From NCBI GenBank assembly GCA_020632555.1, contig JACKFI010000007.1, forward strand, positions 528-64,527: a stretch of 64,000 bases of DNA, read 5' to 3'. The notes beneath the pieces were generated by a model, which searched no databases, was not told where the DNA came from, and saw nothing but the letters and a program-made list of their open reading frames with translations. Origin of the DNA: Candidatus Omnitrophota bacterium (GTDB lineage: Bacteria; Omnitrophota; Gorgyraeia; Zapsychrales; JANLHA01). Position numbers and translations under genes: made by a program. Of the stretch, positions 18,176-28,811 are shown piece after piece (positions within the stretch are counted from its first letter, which is position 1; each line of letters starts with the position of its first letter).

Positions 18176-19150
18176 ATGAAGAAGATTCTTGTGACGGGAG
18201 CAGCTGGTTTTATTGGTTCGCATTTGACGGAATTGTGCGTGCGCAAAGGATTGGCGGTCAAAGCTTTGGTTCGTTACAATTCCCAAAATCATTGGGGTTG
18301 GCTGGAACAGAGCGATGTGAAGAATGATATTGAAATTGTGACGGGCGATGTTCGTGATTATGACAGCGTGTCTAAAGCGTTAAAAGATTGCGAAGCAGTG
18401 TTTCATCTAGCGGCGCTGATTGGAATTCCTTATTCCTATGTTTCGCCGTTGGCGTATATTAAAACGAATGTGGAAGGGACATACAATATTTTAGAGGCCG
18501 CTAAACAGCAACAGCTTAAACAGATTTTGATTACGTCGACCAGCGAAACTTATGGGACGGCACAATATGTTCCGATTAATGAAGAACATCCCTTGGTGGC
18601 ACAATCCCCGTACGCGGCCAGCAAGATAGCCGCTGACCAATTGGCATTGAGTTATTATCGATCATTTGGTTTGCCAGTCAAAGTGGTTCGCCCTTTTAAT
18701 ACGTTTGGGCCGCGACAATCCGCGCGCGCGGTTATTCCAACAATCATTACCCAGATTTTATCTGGACAAAAAGAAATAAAACTTGGCAATTTGACACCGA
18801 CGAGAGATTTTACTTTTGTTCGTGATACAGCGGAGGCTTTTTGGGCGGTTTACCAATCCCCGGATGTTATTGGTCAGGTTGTTAATGTTGGACGTGGTGA
18901 AGAAATTTCCATTGGACAGCTGGCTCAAGAAATTTCAATTTTGACAAATCGCAACATTGAAGTTGTTTCCCAAGAACAAAGAACGCGGGTTAAAGATAGC
19001 GAAGTGGAACGCCTATGCGCGGATAGTACGAAGTTGCAGAAATTAACAACATGGAAACCGCAATTTGATTTAAAAACTGGTTTACAAGAAACGATTCAAT
19101 GGTTTGAAAGTCGGCTGAATTTATATAAAGCTGAGGTTTACAATGTCTAA
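18176..19150 (+). CDS. NAD-dependent sugar-nucleotide 4,6-dehydratase/epimerase (LegB-like)
   Basis: ILVTGAAGFIGSHL, GDVRD, STSETYG, SPYAASKIAADQL (YxxxK). Confidence 0.7.
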   Translation: MKKILVTGAAGFIGSHLTELCVRKGLAVKALVRYNSQNHWGWLEQSDVKNDIEIVTGDVRDYDSVSKALKDCEAVFHLAALIGIPYSYVSPLAYIKTNVEGTYNILEAAKQQQLKQILITSTSETYGTAQYVPINEEHPLVAQSPYAASKIAADQLALSYYRSFGLPVKVVRPFNTFGPRQSARAVIPTIITQILSGQKEIKLGNLTPTRDFTFVRDTAEAFWAVYQSPDVIGQVVNVGRGEEISIGQLAQEISILTNRNIEVVSQEQRTRVKDSEVERLCADSTKLQKLTTWKPQFDLKTGLQETIQWFESRLNLYKAEVYNV

Positions 19151-20123
19151 ACGTATTTTACTGGTTGGGTGTGGACAAATCGGTAGTCGTCATTTGCAGG
19201 CCGTCAGTTGTTTGAAAGAAGTGGAGTCGGTTGATATTGTTGACTGTTATGACGACTCTTTAGTTTTGGGTCAGACACGTTTGAAAGACGTTGCGGATGC
19301 CAATGCGGCGATTGCGTATCGTTGGCTCAAAGCTGTCGATGTTTCTTCTCGTGGCGTTGATCTTTGCATCGTGGCGACATCAGCTCAAGGTCGTGTCGAA
19401 TTGGTCAAAGAAATTTTTGAAAAGACCGGTGTAAGTCAATTTATTATTGAAAAATTAGTAACTCAATCCTTGACGGAATATCAAGAGCTGATGGCTTTTG
19501 CCCAGCGGCATGATTTAAAGATTTGGGTCAATTGTCCGACCAGAGCTTATAGTATCCATCAATATATCAAGTCTAAAATTGATCATCGCCAGCCGCTTTT
19601 ATTTAGTCAGATTGGCGGTAATTTTGGTTTGGCCTGTAACGGAATTCATTATGCTGATCTTTTTTTGTTTTACGACGGAGGCAATGAAATTCGGCCTGCC
19701 GGGACAAGCATAGATCCTATTCTTCATCCGTCTAAAAGAGGTAAAGATTTCTTTGATCTTAGCGGTGTCTTGACGGGATATTCTGCTAAGGGGAGCAAAA
19801 TGATTCTTTCTTATGCCGCGGATCATCTCTTGCCGGATGTGGTTACGATAATGACAAAACAGGCTAGGTTTATGGTGGATATTATTGGCGGTTGGGCACA
19901 AGAGAGTATTGATGGTCAACCCTGGCAGAAAACTTGCATTGAGTCAAAGACCAATGTTAGCTATACTACTCAAATTTTTTGTGCAGATATCTTTTCTCGC
20001 AGGGCTTGTGATTTGCCTACACTTCAGGAATGTTGGCCAGCGCATCAATATATTTTGACGGTGCTTTTACCGCATTTTAATCAATTATTAAAAGTTAAAA
20101 ATCAATTTTGTCCGGCTACGTAA
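19143..20123 (+). CDS. Rossmann-fold oxidoreductase, distant Gfo/Idh/MocA-like
   Basis: RILLVGCGQIGSRHLQAV N-terminus and IIEKLVT (EKP-like) motif; 326 aa. Confidence 0.6.
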   Translation: MSKRILLVGCGQIGSRHLQAVSCLKEVESVDIVDCYDDSLVLGQTRLKDVADANAAIAYRWLKAVDVSSRGVDLCIVATSAQGRVELVKEIFEKTGVSQFIIEKLVTQSLTEYQELMAFAQRHDLKIWVNCPTRAYSIHQYIKSKIDHRQPLLFSQIGGNFGLACNGIHYADLFLFYDGGNEIRPAGTSIDPILHPSKRGKDFFDLSGVLTGYSAKGSKMILSYAADHLLPDVVTIMTKQARFMVDIIGGWAQESIDGQPWQKTCIESKTNVSYTTQIFCADIFSRRACDLPTLQECWPAHQYILTVLLPHFNQLLKVKNQFCPAT

Positions 20124-20127
20124 ATCG

Positions 20128-21090
20128 ATGAGTAAAAAGAAAATAAGAATTGGTCTCGTGGGAGCAGGCTGGGTTGCTCAACAGCATTTGCTGGTGCTTG
20201 CGGCCATCAAAGACATAAACGTTGTTGCGATTACCTCTCGCACTTTACCTAAAGCGCAGGCTTTGGCCAAAACATTTGCTATCCCTTATGTTTACGCTGA
20301 TCTTCCCAGTTTAGTGAAAGAAGCGCAACCTGATGCTTTAATGATTCTGGTCAGTGAAAATCAAATTTTCGAAGTTGCAATGAAAGCTATGAAATTTGGT
20401 TTGCCGTTATTTATCGAAAAACCAGCGGGTTTAACACCTTCGGAGAATTTGAAACTTGCTTACGCCGTCAAGAGAAGAAAGTTGCCGACGATGGTGGGAT
20501 TTAATCGACGCTATTATTCGATTTTCCATAAGGGGCTTGAGATTATTCGTCGGCATGGTCGGCTGCTGGGTGTTTTTGTTGAAGGTCATGAACGGATGTG
20601 GCGTGTGCGAGATGCGCAAACATTTTCAAAAAAAACTTTGGACCATTGGATTTATGCCAATAGTACGCACACCATTGATCTTTTGCGTTTCTTTGGTGGG
20701 GAGTTAAAGACGGTGAAAGCTATTTCAAAGCGTTGTTTTGGGGAAGCTTTGGGCGATCAATTTGCGGCAGTTGGCGAGTTTAAGTCGGGCGCGATTGCTC
20801 AGTATCAGGCGCATTGGTACTCTCCCGGCGGCTGGCGGGTCGTGTTGTATGGGGATGGCGTAACGGTTGAGTTTAAGCCTTTAGAACAGGGAGTATGGAC
20901 AGATAAAAATTTTAAGCAGCACCCGATTGAGCCAGAAGAATGTGATAAGAAATTTAAGGTTGGGTTTTATCAGCAGATGATTGCTTTTGGTCAATTAGTT
21001 CGTGGTGAGAAACAAGCTTGGCCGTTGCAGGATATTCATGGCAGTTATCAAACGATGCTTTTGGCGCAAAAGATTTCGCAAGGGAAGTGA
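20128..21090 (+). CDS. Gfo/Idh/MocA-family oxidoreductase
   Basis: IRIGLVGAGWVAQQHL, FIEKPAG, GFNRRY. Confidence 0.8.
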   Translation: MSKKKIRIGLVGAGWVAQQHLLVLAAIKDINVVAITSRTLPKAQALAKTFAIPYVYADLPSLVKEAQPDALMILVSENQIFEVAMKAMKFGLPLFIEKPAGLTPSENLKLAYAVKRRKLPTMVGFNRRYYSIFHKGLEIIRRHGRLLGVFVEGHERMWRVRDAQTFSKKTLDHWIYANSTHTIDLLRFFGGELKTVKAISKRCFGEALGDQFAAVGEFKSGAIAQYQAHWYSPGGWRVVLYGDGVTVEFKPLEQGVWTDKNFKQHPIEPEECDKKFKVGFYQQMIAFGQLVRGEKQAWPLQDIHGSYQTMLLAQKISQGK

Positions 21091-21096
21091 TTCTTT

Positions 21097-21744
21097 ATGA
21101 GTGTTAAGAATATTTTAGTGATTGGCGGCGGCGGGCATGCTAAGAGTGTGATCAGTGTCATTAAGAAGTCTGGTCAATTCAAAATTGTTGGTTATACAGA
21201 TGTTCAGGATCAAGGTGAAATTCTGGGCGTCGCGTGGATCGGCACTGACGAGGACCGTGTCGCGATTTATAATCAGTATCATTGCTGTGCGGTTTTGGGT
21301 ATTGGGTCAACAAAGATTTCTGATCAGCGATGTAAAATTATCAAAAAGTTTACTGCATCCGGATTTACCTTTCCGGTGATTATTTCGCCAACGGCCATCG
21401 TTAATGAAGATGTGGAAATAGGCGAAGCAACGGTTATTCTCGACGGAGTGATTGTCAATGCGGGAACGCGGGTTGGACAAGGGTGTATTCTAAATACGGG
21501 TTCGATTATTGATCATGATTGTACGATTGGCGATTTTGTGCATATTGCTCCGGGGGTTATTTTGAGCGGCGGTGTACAAATTGGCGATCATTGTTTGTTG
21601 GGCACTGGTGCAAAAGTTATTCAATGCCGATCGATTGGTTCGGATTGTTTAATCGGAGCAGGCGCTGTGGTGGTTGAAGATATCAAACGTTCGGGGACGT
21701 ATGTGGGTGTTCCTGCCCGGGGCAAGAAAGAGCAGTCGGTATGA
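21097..21744 (+). CDS. NeuD/PglD/LegH-family sugar N-acetyltransferase (left-handed beta-helix)
   Basis: ILVIGGGGHAKSVISVI N-terminal Rossmann-like domain, followed by hexapeptide repeats (IGDFVHIAPGVILSGGVQIGDHCLLGTGAKV). Confidence 0.8.
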   Translation: MSVKNILVIGGGGHAKSVISVIKKSGQFKIVGYTDVQDQGEILGVAWIGTDEDRVAIYNQYHCCAVLGIGSTKISDQRCKIIKKFTASGFTFPVIISPTAIVNEDVEIGEATVILDGVIVNAGTRVGQGCILNTGSIIDHDCTIGDFVHIAPGVILSGGVQIGDHCLLGTGAKVIQCRSIGSDCLIGAGAVVVEDIKRSGTYVGVPARGKKEQSV

Positions 21745-22769
21745 ACCATTCAACAAAAGATTCTCAGACTTTTATCATTGCCGAAGCTGGGGTTAATCAC
21801 AATGGCAAGATTGCTTTAGCAAAACGCTTAATTGACGCGGCAAAAAAAGCTGGTGCCGATGCGGTGAAGTTTCAAACGTTTATAGCCGAGCGTTTGGTCA
21901 CAGCCAAGGCGGTGAAAGCGGATTATCAAAAGAAACGGACCTCGCAAGGTGAGAGTCAACTAGCGATGTTAAAAAAGTTCGAATTGAGTTTAGCTGATCA
22001 TCAGGAGTTGATCCAACATTGTCAAAAAAACAAAATTTTGTTTTTATCCACTCCCTTTGATGAAGAGAGCTCGGACTTGCTGGATAAACTTGGCATTACG
22101 ATCTTTAAGATTTCTTCGGGTGAAATCACCAATATCGCTTTTCTTAAATATATTGCGCGCAAAGGAAAGCCGATGATTTTGTCGACGGGAATGTCGACAC
22201 TCTTAGAAGTGCGGCAAGCGGTGCGAAGCATTTTTTCGGCGGGTAACAAGCAGCTAACATTATTACATTGTGTTTCGGATTATCCAGCGCCTTTTACGCA
22301 GTTGAATCTGAAGGCAATTGCGACTTTGCAAAAAACTTTTCGTTTGCCGGTTGGTTTTTCTGATCATAGTCAAGGGATTTTGATATCACCTGTCGCTGTG
22401 GCTTTGGGAGCGACCGTGATTGAAAAACATTTGACGTTAGATCGCACTTTGCCCGGGCCTGATCAGCAGGCTTCTTTGGAACCCCAAGAGTTTAAATGTT
22501 TGGTTGACCATATACGTTTGGTCGAGAAAGCTTTGGGAGATGGTCAGAAAGTTCCAGCTTTATGTGAAGCAGATTGCCGTTTGGTCGCTCGCAAGAGTTT
22601 AACGGCGGTTGTTGCGATTGGTAAAGGGGAAAAAATATTAAATCGTCATATTGTGCTCAAGCGCCCCGGCACAGGAATTTTACCGGGAGAATTAAGAAAA
22701 GTTATTGGCCGGCGAGCAAAACAGAATATTGCAAAAGATGAGACATTGACGTGGGCAAAAATAAATTAA
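21741..22769 (+). CDS. neuB: Nonulosonic acid synthase (NeuB/LegI family)
   Basis: FIIAEAGVNHNGKIALAKRLIDAAKKAGADAVKFQTF, KISSGEITN, GFSDHS, and a C-terminal SAF/antifreeze-like domain. Confidence 0.9.
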   Translation: MNHSTKDSQTFIIAEAGVNHNGKIALAKRLIDAAKKAGADAVKFQTFIAERLVTAKAVKADYQKKRTSQGESQLAMLKKFELSLADHQELIQHCQKNKILFLSTPFDEESSDLLDKLGITIFKISSGEITNIAFLKYIARKGKPMILSTGMSTLLEVRQAVRSIFSAGNKQLTLLHCVSDYPAPFTQLNLKAIATLQKTFRLPVGFSDHSQGILISPVAVALGATVIEKHLTLDRTLPGPDQQASLEPQEFKCLVDHIRLVEKALGDGQKVPALCEADCRLVARKSLTAVVAIGKGEKILNRHIVLKRPGTGILPGELRKVIGRRAKQNIAKDETLTWAKIN

Positions 22770-23941
22770 AAAAAAGAAAAATTTGTGTCGTGACAGGTTC
22801 GCGGGCCGATTATGGTCATCTGCAAAATCTGATGCGTCAGTGTGTTTTGGATTCGGCGATAGATTTGCAGATTATTGCAACAGGATCACATCTTTCAAAA
22901 GAACAGGGGCAAACGTATCGGCAGGTTGAAAAAGATGGATTTTCTATTACCGCCAAAGTCAATATTGCAAAGTTTGATGATTCACCGGTGGGTGTTGCCA
23001 AACGTATTGGTTTAGCTTGCCATGGTTTTGCGGATGTTTTTTCGCGGTTAAAGCCTGACATTGTTGTTGTTCTCGGCGATCGTTATGAAATTTTGGCCGC
23101 TACGATAGCCGCTTATGTTGCCAATTGTTTGGTTGCCCATTTGCATGGCGGTGAATCATCGCAAGGCGCGTTGGATGAAGGATTTCGTCACGCTATTACT
23201 AAAATGTCGCATATTCATTTTGCCGCAACGAAGGAATATCGTCAGCGGATTATTCAATTAGGAGAACAGCCTAATTATGTTTTTAATTTTGGGGCGCCGG
23301 GTTTGGATATTTTGCCGCAAATTCAATATTTATCACGTGCAGAGCTTTCCAAAATGCTGAATTTTGATCTGAGCGGACAGGTAGCGATGATGACTTATCA
23401 CCCTGTTACGCTCGAGAAATCTTCGCCCAAGCGCCAGTTGAGAGAAATTTTGAAAGCTATTGATCAAAGTCATTTGAAAGTTTTGTTCACGGCAGCCAAC
23501 ATGGATAGTCAGGGGCAAGTGATTAATCAGATGTTATCAGATTTTTGTAAAAAATATCCGCAGCGTTACAAATTCGTCAATAATTTAGGTCAGCAAAAGT
23601 ATATGAGTTGTTTGAAAAGTTTTGATTTGATGATTGGCAATTCTTCCAGTGGTATTATTGAAGCGCCATCATTTGCTTTGCCGGTGATTAATATTGGTGA
23701 CCGGCAAAAAGGGCGTATTCGAGCTGGGAATATCATTGATGTGAATTGTGATTGTGCTGCGATTAAAAAGGGTATTGGTTTGGCTTTCAGTGAACGATTT
23801 CGTAAATCTTTAAAGGGTATGAAAAATCCTTATAGTGGTGTCACAGATGGTCGCGCGAGTTGGTTGATTAAAGAGCAAATAAAGAAAGCTTGTCTGGATG
23901 AAACAGTTCTTAAGAAAGAGTTTTTTGATATTCGATTTTAA
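22751..23941 (+). CDS. neuC: Hydrolysing UDP/GDP-N-acetylhexosamine 2-epimerase (NeuC/LegG family)
   Basis: KICVVTGSRADYGHL, VLGDRYE, HLHGGE motifs. GTG start overlaps the neuB end. Confidence 0.85.
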   Translation: MGKNKLKKRKICVVTGSRADYGHLQNLMRQCVLDSAIDLQIIATGSHLSKEQGQTYRQVEKDGFSITAKVNIAKFDDSPVGVAKRIGLACHGFADVFSRLKPDIVVVLGDRYEILAATIAAYVANCLVAHLHGGESSQGALDEGFRHAITKMSHIHFAATKEYRQRIIQLGEQPNYVFNFGAPGLDILPQIQYLSRAELSKMLNFDLSGQVAMMTYHPVTLEKSSPKRQLREILKAIDQSHLKVLFTAANMDSQGQVINQMLSDFCKKYPQRYKFVNNLGQQKYMSCLKSFDLMIGNSSSGIIEAPSFALPVINIGDRQKGRIRAGNIIDVNCDCAAIKKGIGLAFSERFRKSLKGMKNPYSGVTDGRASWLIKEQIKKACLDETVLKKEFFDIRF

Positions 23942-25024
23942 ATGTTGACTAGAGGATTTGAGATGTCTATGAAATTAACAGATTTTCTTATTTTTCGAAA
24001 TGAGTCAATTAAGCAGGCGATGAAAAAGCTCAGTGAGTTTGGCGAGAAACAATTGATTGTCGTCGATGATAAACAGCGACTGATCGGGGCTTTGAGTGAT
24101 GGTGATATCCGTCGGCGTATTCTTCAGGGGGGTTCTATCAGGGGACGGGTGGAAGTCATTTGTAATAAGAATCCGGTCTTTGTTAATATTGGGTATTCAT
24201 TGGATTATGTTCGAACAACCATGCTCAAGTTGAAAATTGAAGTGATCCCGGTTATTAACGCGGATAAAAAAGTAGAAAAGGTATTGACCTGGGATGAGGT
24301 TTTTGCCGGTCGGGTTAGTAAGCAGAAAGAAAGGGTTGATGCGATTGTGGTTGTTATGGCCGGCGGCAAAGGAACTCGTCTGGATCCGTTTACCCGGATT
24401 TTGCCTAAACCGCTTATTCCCATTGGTGAAAAACCGATTATTGAAGTTATTATGGACAAATTTAATGGATATGGAATTAAAGATTTTTATGTTTCTGTTA
24501 ATTTTAAATCCAGAATGATCAAGTCTTATTTTGAAGAGGCCAATGAAAGCTATACGATTCATTATATCGAGGAGAAGACGCCTTTGGGGACGATTGGTAG
24601 TTTGAAGTTGATTGAAGAAAAAGTTAAAAGTCCTTTTTTTGTGACAAATTGTGATGTGTTGATTGATGTGGATTATGCTGAGTTGATGCGGTTTCATCAG
24701 GATTTTAACTATGATTTGACTTTGACGGTTTCTTGTAAACATTATGTGATTCCTTATGGTGTTTGTGAAATCAAAAGCGGTGGCATTTTGAAGAAAATTA
24801 ATGAAAAACCAGCGTATGATTTTTTGGTCAATACTGGTCTGTATTTGATGAATCCCAAGGTTATTTCTTTGATTCCAAAAAACAAATTTTTTAATTTTAA
24901 TGATTTGGTCAAACGGGCTCAGAAAAAGAAATTACGTATTGGCGTTTTTCCTATACCGGAAAGTTCCTGGGTTGACGTCGGGCATTGGGAAGAATATAGC
25001 AAAACATTAAAGATGGTTTATTAA
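23942..25024 (+). CDS. CBS-domain sugar-phosphate nucleotidyltransferase (PtmE-like)
   Basis: N-terminal CBS pair (LIVVDDKQRLIGALSDGDIRR; VIPVINADKKV), then VVMAGGKGTRLDPFTRILPKPLIPIG nucleotidyltransferase motif. Confidence 0.75.
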   Translation: MLTRGFEMSMKLTDFLIFRNESIKQAMKKLSEFGEKQLIVVDDKQRLIGALSDGDIRRRILQGGSIRGRVEVICNKNPVFVNIGYSLDYVRTTMLKLKIEVIPVINADKKVEKVLTWDEVFAGRVSKQKERVDAIVVVMAGGKGTRLDPFTRILPKPLIPIGEKPIIEVIMDKFNGYGIKDFYVSVNFKSRMIKSYFEEANESYTIHYIEEKTPLGTIGSLKLIEEKVKSPFFVTNCDVLIDVDYAELMRFHQDFNYDLTLTVSCKHYVIPYGVCEIKSGGILKKINEKPAYDFLVNTGLYLMNPKVISLIPKNKFFNFNDLVKRAQKKKLRIGVFPIPESSWVDVGHWEEYSKTLKMVY

Positions 25025-25035
25025 AAAGGTATGGA

Positions 25036-25950
25036 ATGTCTGTCATTCGTGTGATTCCCCGCTTAGATATTAAAGGACCAAATCTTGTCAAAGGGGTTCA
25101 TTTGGAAGGGTTGCGTGTTTTGGGCAAGGCGGAGCATTTTGCTAATAAGTATTTTCAGCAGGGTGCGGATGAGATTCTTTATATTGATACTGTCGCCAGT
25201 CTTTATGGACGCGATAATCTTTTAGATATTGTTCGGCGTTCTGCGGAAAATATTTTTGTTCCACTAACAGCCGGTGGCGGGATTCGTTCAATTGAAGATA
25301 TCCGCAGCCTTTTGCGGGCGGGTGCGGATAAGGTTGCTATCAATACTGGGGCCATTCAGAATCCTCATCTTATTTCTGAATCTTCGCGGATGTTTGGTGC
25401 TCAATGCATTGTGATTTCGATTTGTGCGAAACATCGAGGAAAAGGGGATTATGAAGCGTGGACGGATAATGCCCGCGAACGATCAGGAAAGAATGTTTTT
25501 GATTGGGCTTGCCAAGCTGTGGATTTAGGGGCGGGTGAACTTTTGATCACATGCATTGATCAGGAGGGAACCAGTAAAGGATATGATATTGATTTGGTAA
25601 GGCGTATTGCTGATTCTGTTTCTGTCCCAGTCATTGCTTGCGGCGGAGCGGGATTATCTCAACACTGCTTGGAGGTAATTCGTGATGGTCATGCCGATGC
25701 GCTTTGTGCCGCCTCGATTTTTCACTATTGTGAGCTGGAAGAATTGCAATCGCGTGAACAGTATCAGGAAGAAGGCAATGTTGAGTTTCTTAAAAAAAGC
25801 CGCGATACGATGGGCTTTTTAAAAAATCGTTTGCACCCAATTAACATCCCAGATTTAAAAGTCTATTTACAGACTCATGGAGTCAACTGCCGGATGTTAG
25901 AATCGACGGAAGAAGTCAAAAGTGAACATTGTCAGAAATTCATGCAGTAG
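25036..25950 (+). CDS. HisF-like cyclase subunit (WbuZ-type, glycan amidotransfer)
   Basis: RVIPRLDIKG...LVKG, TAGGGIRS, GADKVAINT, GAGELLITCIDQEGT, ACGGAG: HisF TIM-barrel motifs, encoded inside a glycan cluster. Confidence 0.85.
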   Translation: MSVIRVIPRLDIKGPNLVKGVHLEGLRVLGKAEHFANKYFQQGADEILYIDTVASLYGRDNLLDIVRRSAENIFVPLTAGGGIRSIEDIRSLLRAGADKVAINTGAIQNPHLISESSRMFGAQCIVISICAKHRGKGDYEAWTDNARERSGKNVFDWACQAVDLGAGELLITCIDQEGTSKGYDIDLVRRIADSVSVPVIACGGAGLSQHCLEVIRDGHADALCAASIFHYCELEELQSREQYQEEGNVEFLKKSRDTMGFLKNRLHPINIPDLKVYLQTHGVNCRMLESTEEVKSEHCQKFMQ

Positions 25951-25978
25951 CGCCAAAGTTTGTTGGTGAGGTTATTTT

Positions 25979-26635
25979 ATGGATGCGTGCATTGTTGATT
26001 ATGGTTTAGGGAATCTTTTTAGCTTGCAGAAAGTGTTTCGTTTTTTGGGAGCAAAAGTTGAGGTGACTGATGATCCGGTCAAAATTCGTTCTGCCAATAA
26101 ATTGATCTTGCCGGGTGTGGGGGCTTTTGAAGATGGTATTCATAATTTGAAAAAAACAGGATTAGATATCGCGATTAAAGATTTTGTGCAAACAGGAAAA
26201 CCATTATTGGGCATCTGTTTGGGAATGCAGCTTTTGATGGATGAAAGCGAAGAAAATGGATTATTTCAAGGTTTGGGAATAATCCCGGGGAGAGTTGTTC
26301 GTTTAGAGGGGCCAGGTCCAGAGGATATGCCTTACAAAATTCCTCATGTGGGTTGGAATAGGGTTTTTTATCCGCAAAGCAAGGAAAAATTGTTGCAGCC
26401 TTGGGATGGCACTATTTTCGGACATCTTAAAGATGGTAGTTTTATTTATTTTGTTCACTCTTATCAGGTTGTTCCGAGTGATCAATCTGTAATTTTATCG
26501 GAAACGGTTTATGGCCGTAATCGCTTCTGTTCAGCATTACAACGCGGTTCTCTTTATGCATGCCAATTTCATCCCGAGGTCAGCGGCGGGGCCGGTCTGC
26601 AAATCATGGATAATTTTCTTAAAATTGTAAAGTAA
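25979..26635 (+). CDS. HisH-like glutamine amidotransferase subunit (WbuY-type)
   Basis: LILPGVGAF, LGICLGMQLL (catalytic Cys), FVHSY, QFHPE. Confidence 0.85.
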   Translation: MDACIVDYGLGNLFSLQKVFRFLGAKVEVTDDPVKIRSANKLILPGVGAFEDGIHNLKKTGLDIAIKDFVQTGKPLLGICLGMQLLMDESEENGLFQGLGIIPGRVVRLEGPGPEDMPYKIPHVGWNRVFYPQSKEKLLQPWDGTIFGHLKDGSFIYFVHSYQVVPSDQSVILSETVYGRNRFCSALQRGSLYACQFHPEVSGGAGLQIMDNFLKIVK

Positions 26636-26647
26636 TGGAGAAATCAT

Positions 26648-27865
26648 ATGTTGTTTCCCGGGAAAACGATGGATCGTCAGTTAAGCAAGAGTCCAAAAAC
26701 AGTATTTTTTTGTAAAAAATGTGTTGTCTCAAATCAAAGACCGCGGATTACTTTTAATGAACAAGGCATTTGCAGTGCTTGTCAATACGCGCATATTAAA
26801 CATAACGTTATTGATTGGGATAGTCGGGAGAAAATGCTTATTGAGTTGCTGGATCGTTTTCGTTCTCAAGACGGCAGTTATGATTGCGTGGTTCCCGGCA
26901 GTGGCGGCAAAGACAGCAGTTATGTTGCCCATCAATTAAAATACAAATATGGCATGCACCCTTTGACCGTGACGTGGGCGCCGTTTTTGTATACGGATGT
27001 GGGTTGGCAAAATTATATTACTTTTAAAGATCATGGTTTCGATAATTTATTATGTTTTCCCGACGGGATAGTTCACCGGAAGCTGGCCCGGCTTGCCTTT
27101 GAACTTTTGGGGGATGCGTGGGAACCTTTTGCTTACGGTCAAAAAGCTTATGCGTTTCATATGGCCTGCAAGTTTAAGATTCCTTTGATTTTTTATGGAG
27201 AAAGTGGAGAAATTGAATATGGCGGTTCGACAAAAAATATGAATAGCCCGCATGAAACTGTTCAAGATTGGAAAGAATTTTATTACAAAGGTTCCGGGAT
27301 TGATGAACTTACCCAGCATGGTTTGAGTGCCGGAATATTTACGCAAGATGAGATTAAAGAAAATTCTTTTATGCTTTATCGGCCCCCTGCGCCGCGGGAA
27401 TTGCAGGAGGTGAATCCGCAAATGCATTGGTTTTCATTTTATAAAAAATGGGTGCCGCAAGAAAATTATTATTATGCTGTCGAGCATACAGGTCTTCAGG
27501 CTAATGCGGACGGGCGTTCAGAGGGCACATATTCTAAGTATGCCAGCTTGGATGATAAAACCGATGGTTTTCATTTTTATTTGGCATATATCAAATTTGG
27601 CATTGCGCGGGCGACTTCTGATGCGGCGCATGAAATCCGTGATGGACATTTGACCAGAGAAGAAGGGATGGCGTTGGTTAAACGTTACGATGGCGAATTT
27701 CCCAAGAAGTACTATCAGGAATTTTTGGATTATTTGGGTATTACGGACCAGGATTTTTGGGAAATTATTAATTTTTATCGTGCTATGGCTCCTCAGGTCT
27801 GGAAGCAAGTTAATGGAGAATGGAAATTGCGGCACACCGTTAATAAAAGCGGAGTGGATGATTGA
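26648..27865 (+). CDS. N-acetyl-sugar amidotransferase (WbuX/PseA-like PP-loop ATPase)
   Basis: CKKCVVSNQRPRITFNEQGICSACQY zinc-ribbon-like start; PP-loop VPGSGGKDSS. Confidence 0.8.
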   Translation: MLFPGKTMDRQLSKSPKTVFFCKKCVVSNQRPRITFNEQGICSACQYAHIKHNVIDWDSREKMLIELLDRFRSQDGSYDCVVPGSGGKDSSYVAHQLKYKYGMHPLTVTWAPFLYTDVGWQNYITFKDHGFDNLLCFPDGIVHRKLARLAFELLGDAWEPFAYGQKAYAFHMACKFKIPLIFYGESGEIEYGGSTKNMNSPHETVQDWKEFYYKGSGIDELTQHGLSAGIFTQDEIKENSFMLYRPPAPRELQEVNPQMHWFSFYKKWVPQENYYYAVEHTGLQANADGRSEGTYSKYASLDDKTDGFHFYLAYIKFGIARATSDAAHEIRDGHLTREEGMALVKRYDGEFPKKYYQEFLDYLGITDQDFWEIINFYRAMAPQVWKQVNGEWKLRHTVNKSGVDD

Positions 27866-27869
27866 TCGA

Positions 27870-28811
27870 ATGAAAAAATTAAAGATTGTTATTTTTGGCT
27901 TAGGCTCGATTGGACAAAGGCATGTTGAAATTCTGCGTAAGCATTTTAAACATGAGCTTTATGCTTTTCGATCTGGGGGGGCTTGTGGCAATGTGTTTGG
28001 AATTCCTGAATTGACCACATGGTACATGGTTGACCAAATTAAACCGCAGGTGGCTTTTATTACCAATCCAACGTCAGAACATTTACATGTGGCCTTGGAA
28101 TGCGCACGGCGGGGGATGAATCTTTTTATTGAAAAACCTTTGTCAGATTCTTTAACGGGAATACAAGCGTTGATAACATTGTGTGACAAAAACAAACTCA
28201 CCGCGTATGTGGCCTATTGTTTACGCTTTCATCCGGTGATTGAGAAAATCAAGAGTTTGTTGAAAGGTCAAAAAGTTGTTCATGCTCGGGTTGTTTGTTC
28301 GTCGATGTTGCATCAGTGGCGAGCTGGCAAGGATTCCAGGAAAAGTTATTCGGCTTATCGGGCAATGGGTGGGGGAGTGATTTTGGATCTTTCACATGAA
28401 TTTGATTATATTCGTTTTTTATTGGGAGAAATCAAGAGCATTGCTGGAGTCAAAGGCCGTATGGGGCAAGTAACGGTTGACAGCGAGGATTTCGCGGATG
28501 TTTTGGTGACTTTAGAAAACGGCATTGTAGTCAATTGCCATTTGAATTTTGCCAGCTGGGATACAGAGCGCGTTATCCAAATTGATTTAAAAGATGGATT
28601 TATTAAAGGGGATTTGATCCAGAATACTGTTGTTTATCAGAAGAATAATAAACTTCGTCAGTTTAAATTTCCCGTCGACCGCAATCATTATTTGAAAAAA
28701 CAAACACAGTATTTCTTTAAGAATTTGAATCATCCGGCATTGATGAATAATCTTAAGCAAGCGCAAGTGCTTTTGAAACCAATCTTGGAGTTTCGAAATG
28801 GCCGCGGATAA
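27870..28811 (+). CDS. Gfo/Idh/MocA-family oxidoreductase (PtmF-like)
   Basis: KIVIFGLGSIGQRH, FIEKPLS. The track ORF (27690) was trimmed to the ATG at 27870, just after the upstream stop. Confidence 0.75.
   Translation: MKKLKIVIFGLGSIGQRHVEILRKHFKHELYAFRSGGACGNVFGIPELTTWYMVDQIKPQVAFITNPTSEHLHVALECARRGMNLFIEKPLSDSLTGIQALITLCDKNKLTAYVAYCLRFHPVIEKIKSLLKGQKVVHARVVCSSMLHQWRAGKDSRKSYSAYRAMGGGVILDLSHEFDYIRFLLGEIKSIAGVKGRMGQVTVDSEDFADVLVTLENGIVVNCHLNFASWDTERVIQIDLKDGFIKGDLIQNTVVYQKNNKLRQFKFPVDRNHYLKKQTQYFFKNLNHPALMNNLKQAQVLLKPILEFRNGRG

Noticed and set aside
24197-24742. 181-aa and 84-aa minus-strand ORFs inside the CBS-nucleotidyltransferase gene. Similar antisense ORFs occur at 38280-38837, 6263-6640, 11109-11501, 43967-44350, 46039-46383 and 63702-63989.
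   Set aside because: All are antisense to + strand genes that have clear family motifs. Their translations are Asn/Ile/Phe/Arg-rich without motifs, and none has an independent intergenic start context.
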